Positions 61,408 through 64,000 of a stretch of 64,000 bases of DNA are shown here, piece by piece. Each line of letters begins with the position of its first letter. The first letter of the stretch is position 1. Position numbers and translations under genes: made by a program. The notes below the pieces were generated by a model. The model was not told the DNA's origin. It searched no databases and was given only the letters and a program-made list of their open reading frames with translations. Origin of the DNA: an uncultured bacterium (GTDB taxonomy: Bacteria; Krumholzibacteriota; Krumholzibacteriia; Krumholzibacteriales; Krumholzibacteriaceae); the NCBI GenBank assembly GCA_963786935.1, contig CAWBAN010000001.1, positions 1,376,001 to 1,440,000 of the forward strand, written 5' to 3'.

Positions 61408-62400
61408 CTAGAACGAGAACTTCGGAACGCCCGGCCGTTTCTTCCCGCGCCGCCGCGTGAGCACCGCCGCCGCGACGATCGGGAGCGCGATCGTGGCGTC
61501 GCAGAGGACGGTGACCTGCTTCGCGTCCGCCGCGATCTTGCCCCACGACACGGCCTCGTCGAACGTGCACCCGCTCAATCCCCCCCACTGGGGCGGATCG
61601 GCGACGAACTGAATCGCGTAGCGGTGCCCCTCGACGCGCCGTCCGAGCACCTGATTGGTCACCTCGGTCTGCTGGATGAAGTTCTTCGGCGTGCCGCCGC
61701 CGACGTAGATCACCATCGTCCGCTTCATCGCGGCGATGTCGGCGGTCTCCTCGACGTCGCCCACCATGTCGAAAATCACCTTCGGCGTGCGGCCGGCGAG
61801 CCCGATGCCGATCGAGGAGTCCCCGATCGCGGGGCAGTACACCGGCACGCCTTTCCGGTAGGCCGCGCTCAGAATCCCCTGCTGCCCCTTCGACAGACGA
61901 TTCGCCTCCTTGCCGAGAAGGGAGAGGAACTCCCTCGTCGTGTACGGCCGGTCCTCGAGCGTCCTCGTCGCCCATGCGCCGATCTTCTTGTCGAGGCTCT
62001 GGAATCCCTCCTCGTCGGCGAACGTGTCGTAGATCCGATCGACCATATCCTCGCGGAGCTTCGCGTCGTCCGCGTTCGGAGAGCCGAGGTAATGGTAGCT
62101 TCCCGCCGTTTCGTAGAAATCGTGGTAGAGGTTCGCCCCCGTCGACGCGATCACGTCGATGAACCGGCGCTCGATGAGCGTCACGAGCACCTTGCGCATG
62201 CCCGCGGGCACCATGGCGCCGGCGAGCCCGAGCATGACGATGATATCGTCGTCGAGCGCCTCGGCCCAGATGCGGGCGGCGTGCCCGAGTCCCCGCGCCT
62301 GGAAGCTGCACCCCTCGAGCCCTTCGAGGAGCGCGTCGCACGTCATGCCGGCCCTGAGCTCGATCGGCCGCGTCGGATGGGAAAGGTACTTACGCTTCAC
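61408..62400 (-). CDS. Deoxyhypusine-synthase-like protein (homospermidine / aminobutylagmatine synthase type)
   Basis: AGAMVPAG, STGANLYHD, DRIYD, PAIGDSSIG, GGGTPKNF, GGLSGCT..EAVSWGK and DATIALP. Confidence 0.9.
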   Translation of the reverse strand: MKRKYLSHPTRPIELRAGMTCDALLEGLEGCSFQARGLGHAARIWAEALDDDIIVMLGLAGAMVPAGMRKVLVTLIERRFIDVIASTGANLYHDFYETAGSYHYLGSPNADDAKLREDMVDRIYDTFADEEGFQSLDKKIGAWATRTLEDRPYTTREFLSLLGKEANRLSKGQQGILSAAYRKGVPVYCPAIGDSSIGIGLAGRTPKVIFDMVGDVEETADIAAMKRTMVIYVGGGTPKNFIQQTEVTNQVLGRRVEGHRYAIQFVADPPQWGGLSGCTFDEAVSWGKIAADAKQVTVLCDATIALPIVAAAVLTRRRGKKRPGVPKFSF

Positions 62401-63232
62401 GGTTCAGCTCCTTCCGGATATATCTCGAAATCGCCTCATAGACGATCTTCGCCGCGATGAAATTCGACGTCTCGTCGCGCTCCACGGGCATGAGCTCGAC
62501 CGCGTCCATCGCCACGACGCGCTTGTTCTCGAACACGAACGTGAGGAGATCCATCAGCTCGTCCCACTGGAGGCCCCCCGGCTCCGGCGTCCCGACGGCG
62601 CGGAGGATCGAAGGATCGACCGCGTCGAAATCGATCGACAGGTAGACGGATTCGGGAAGCCGCCGGATCGCTTCCCACGCTCCCTCGTTCCAGAACCCGA
62701 AGATCCGCGTGCCGTCGCAGCCCCGCAGGTATTCGCGCTCCTCGCTCGAGTAGCTCCGCACGCCGATCTGGACGAGCTTTCCGAACGGGAGCGAATTGCG
62801 CGCCGCGCACGCGTGGCTCTCCTTCTCGCCGAGGTACTGCGCGCGCATGTCGGCGTGCGCGTCGAGCCACACGATGCCGATTGACTCGAGGCCGAGCCCC
62901 TCGAGGATCCACGGCGTGATCGAGTGCTCGCCGCCGAGAAAGCAGGGAAGCGTCCGACTGAAATACTCGCGATTGGCGCGGACGAACGATACCACGTCGT
63001 CCTTGCTCGCGAGCTTCTCGCGGAGGGTGACGATGCCCGTTTTCTCGAGATCGACGTCGAGCGCGGAGTTGTAGAACTCGATCTGCAGCGATGCGTCGAG
63101 GATCGCCTGCGGGGCGCGGGCGGTGCCCCTCCCGTAGGAGGCGCTCCATTCGACGGGAACAGGGATCACGGCGACGCGATCCCTGTTTGCTCCCGAAACT
63201 TCCGTTCCGAGAAAATCGTATGTCCGTTCCAT
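62390..63232 (-). CDS. speB: Agmatinase-family ureohydrolase
   Basis: GGEHSIT, LDAHAD, SHAC and SIDFDAVDP...GTPEPGG motifs. Confidence 0.9.
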   Translation of the reverse strand: MERTYDFLGTEVSGANRDRVAVIPVPVEWSASYGRGTARAPQAILDASLQIEFYNSALDVDLEKTGIVTLREKLASKDDVVSFVRANREYFSRTLPCFLGGEHSITPWILEGLGLESIGIVWLDAHADMRAQYLGEKESHACAARNSLPFGKLVQIGVRSYSSEEREYLRGCDGTRIFGFWNEGAWEAIRRLPESVYLSIDFDAVDPSILRAVGTPEPGGLQWDELMDLLTFVFENKRVVAMDAVELMPVERDETSNFIAAKIVYEAISRYIRKELNREA

Positions 63233-63792
63233 CACCGGCTCTTGTAGTTGCAGAACACTGCCGCGGCAACGGTCGTCGTCCACATCCCATCCTTGCCGAG
63301 CACCGTCTGCGTGATGTTCGTCGTGCGGACGATCTGGCGCGCGATCTTCCACTCCTGCTTGCGCTCGTTCCACGCCCGTGTCAGGTCGATCTCGATGCCG
63401 AGCGTCGAGGCGAGCATCGTCGCGGCGAGATCCTCGGTGTAATCGCCGAGCTCCTCCTGCCGCTTTCCATAGGCGTGATGCTCGGAGATGTAGCCGTACC
63501 GCTTCCGGTCCTCGGGTATCGCCACGCCGATCGCGGAGCCGACGAGCCGGCTCTGCTCGTCCGTGTGGTTGGTGCTCAGCACGCAGTAGACAATCTCGCC
63601 CGGATGCAACATCGAAGCCCCTCGCGTCCGCGGGATCAGGACGCAGTGAGGCGGGAAGATGCTCGAAACGTGGACGAGGTTGAACTGCGACAATCCCGCG
63701 GCCCGCAACGCGAGCTCGAAGCTGGTGAGCTTCTCCTTGTGTCTCCCGGCGCCGCGCGTCAGGAATATCTTGTCGGGGACTTTACCCTCCAC
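63232..63792 (-). CDS. pdaD: Pyruvoyl-dependent arginine decarboxylase
   Basis: SFELALRAAG, NLVHVSSI (Ser-Ser self-cleavage site), YGYISEHH and WTT.VAAAV; GTG start after GAGAGG. Confidence 0.92.
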   Translation of the reverse strand: MEGKVPDKIFLTRGAGRHKEKLTSFELALRAAGLSQFNLVHVSSIFPPHCVLIPRTRGASMLHPGEIVYCVLSTNHTDEQSRLVGSAIGVAIPEDRKRYGYISEHHAYGKRQEELGDYTEDLAATMLASTLGIEIDLTRAWNERKQEWKIARQIVRTTNITQTVLGKDGMWTTTVAAAVFCNYKSR

Positions 63793-63914
63793 GGAGTACC
63801 TCTCTTCGAAAGGGTGCGATGTTTGTGCGGCTTCGCCGTTCCGCCGAACCGCCGCCCCACACCGATTGATTCGGTTCGAATGCATTATGAACGAGGCGAG
63901 CGCGTTGTCAACCC

Positions 63915-63949
63915 AAAATAAAACGGGAGCGGCCCGTGCCGCTCCCGTT
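63915..63949 (-). terminator. Rho-independent terminator of an upstream unit outside the window
   Basis: AACGGGAGCGGC-ACGG-GCCGCTCCCGTT-TTATTTT; immediately followed by TTGACA-N16-CATAAT (63911-63884) for pdaD. Confidence 0.85.
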
Positions 63950-64000
63950 CAGTAGCACCTTCAAAGTGGGATATTGAGAAGATGTGCTATGCCTTCCTGG

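Noticed and set aside
63950..64000. End of an upstream minus-strand gene
   Set aside because: Too little sequence to assign a frame or product.

Overview
A 64-kb, GC-rich bacterial chromosomal segment. It is mostly housekeeping, with no CRISPR array, prophage, integrase or IS that I can support. A 2383-aa secreted protein with an FlgD-Ig/T9SS-type 'QNxPNPFNPST' C-terminus suggests an FCB-associated lineage such as Krumholzibacteriota/Latescibacterota (inference). Core content: pyrR-pyrB-pyrC behind a PyrR attenuator, larB/larC, dusB, ctpA, tmk, rsmI, ltaE, HU, queD-queC-DUF366-queE, rsgA, tRNA-Val(CAC), nfo, trxB, nth, comM and a pdaD-speB-deoxyhypusine-synthase-like polyamine operon. The unusual part is a sigma-54/Ser-Thr phosphorylation block at about 19-43 kb. 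It holds (i) a five-gene operon behind a -24/-12 promoter (giant TPR, Cys-rich/TPR, PATAN-like+2xFHA, metallophosphatase, PEGA Ser/Thr kinase); (ii) PtsN-like IIA, a shortened DUF164 zinc-ribbon protein and a 1512-aa pseudokinase-NTPase-TPR-GAF sigma-54 activator with degenerate catalytic motifs; (iii) a UshA-like ORF with an in-frame UGA (CGU) and a SECIS-like hairpin, a probable selenoprotein missed by the ORF track; and (iv) two candidate small RNAs, one with a sigma-54-type and one with an ECF-type promoter. Five genes are split by single missing bases in G/C homopolymers, most likely sequencing or assembly errors.
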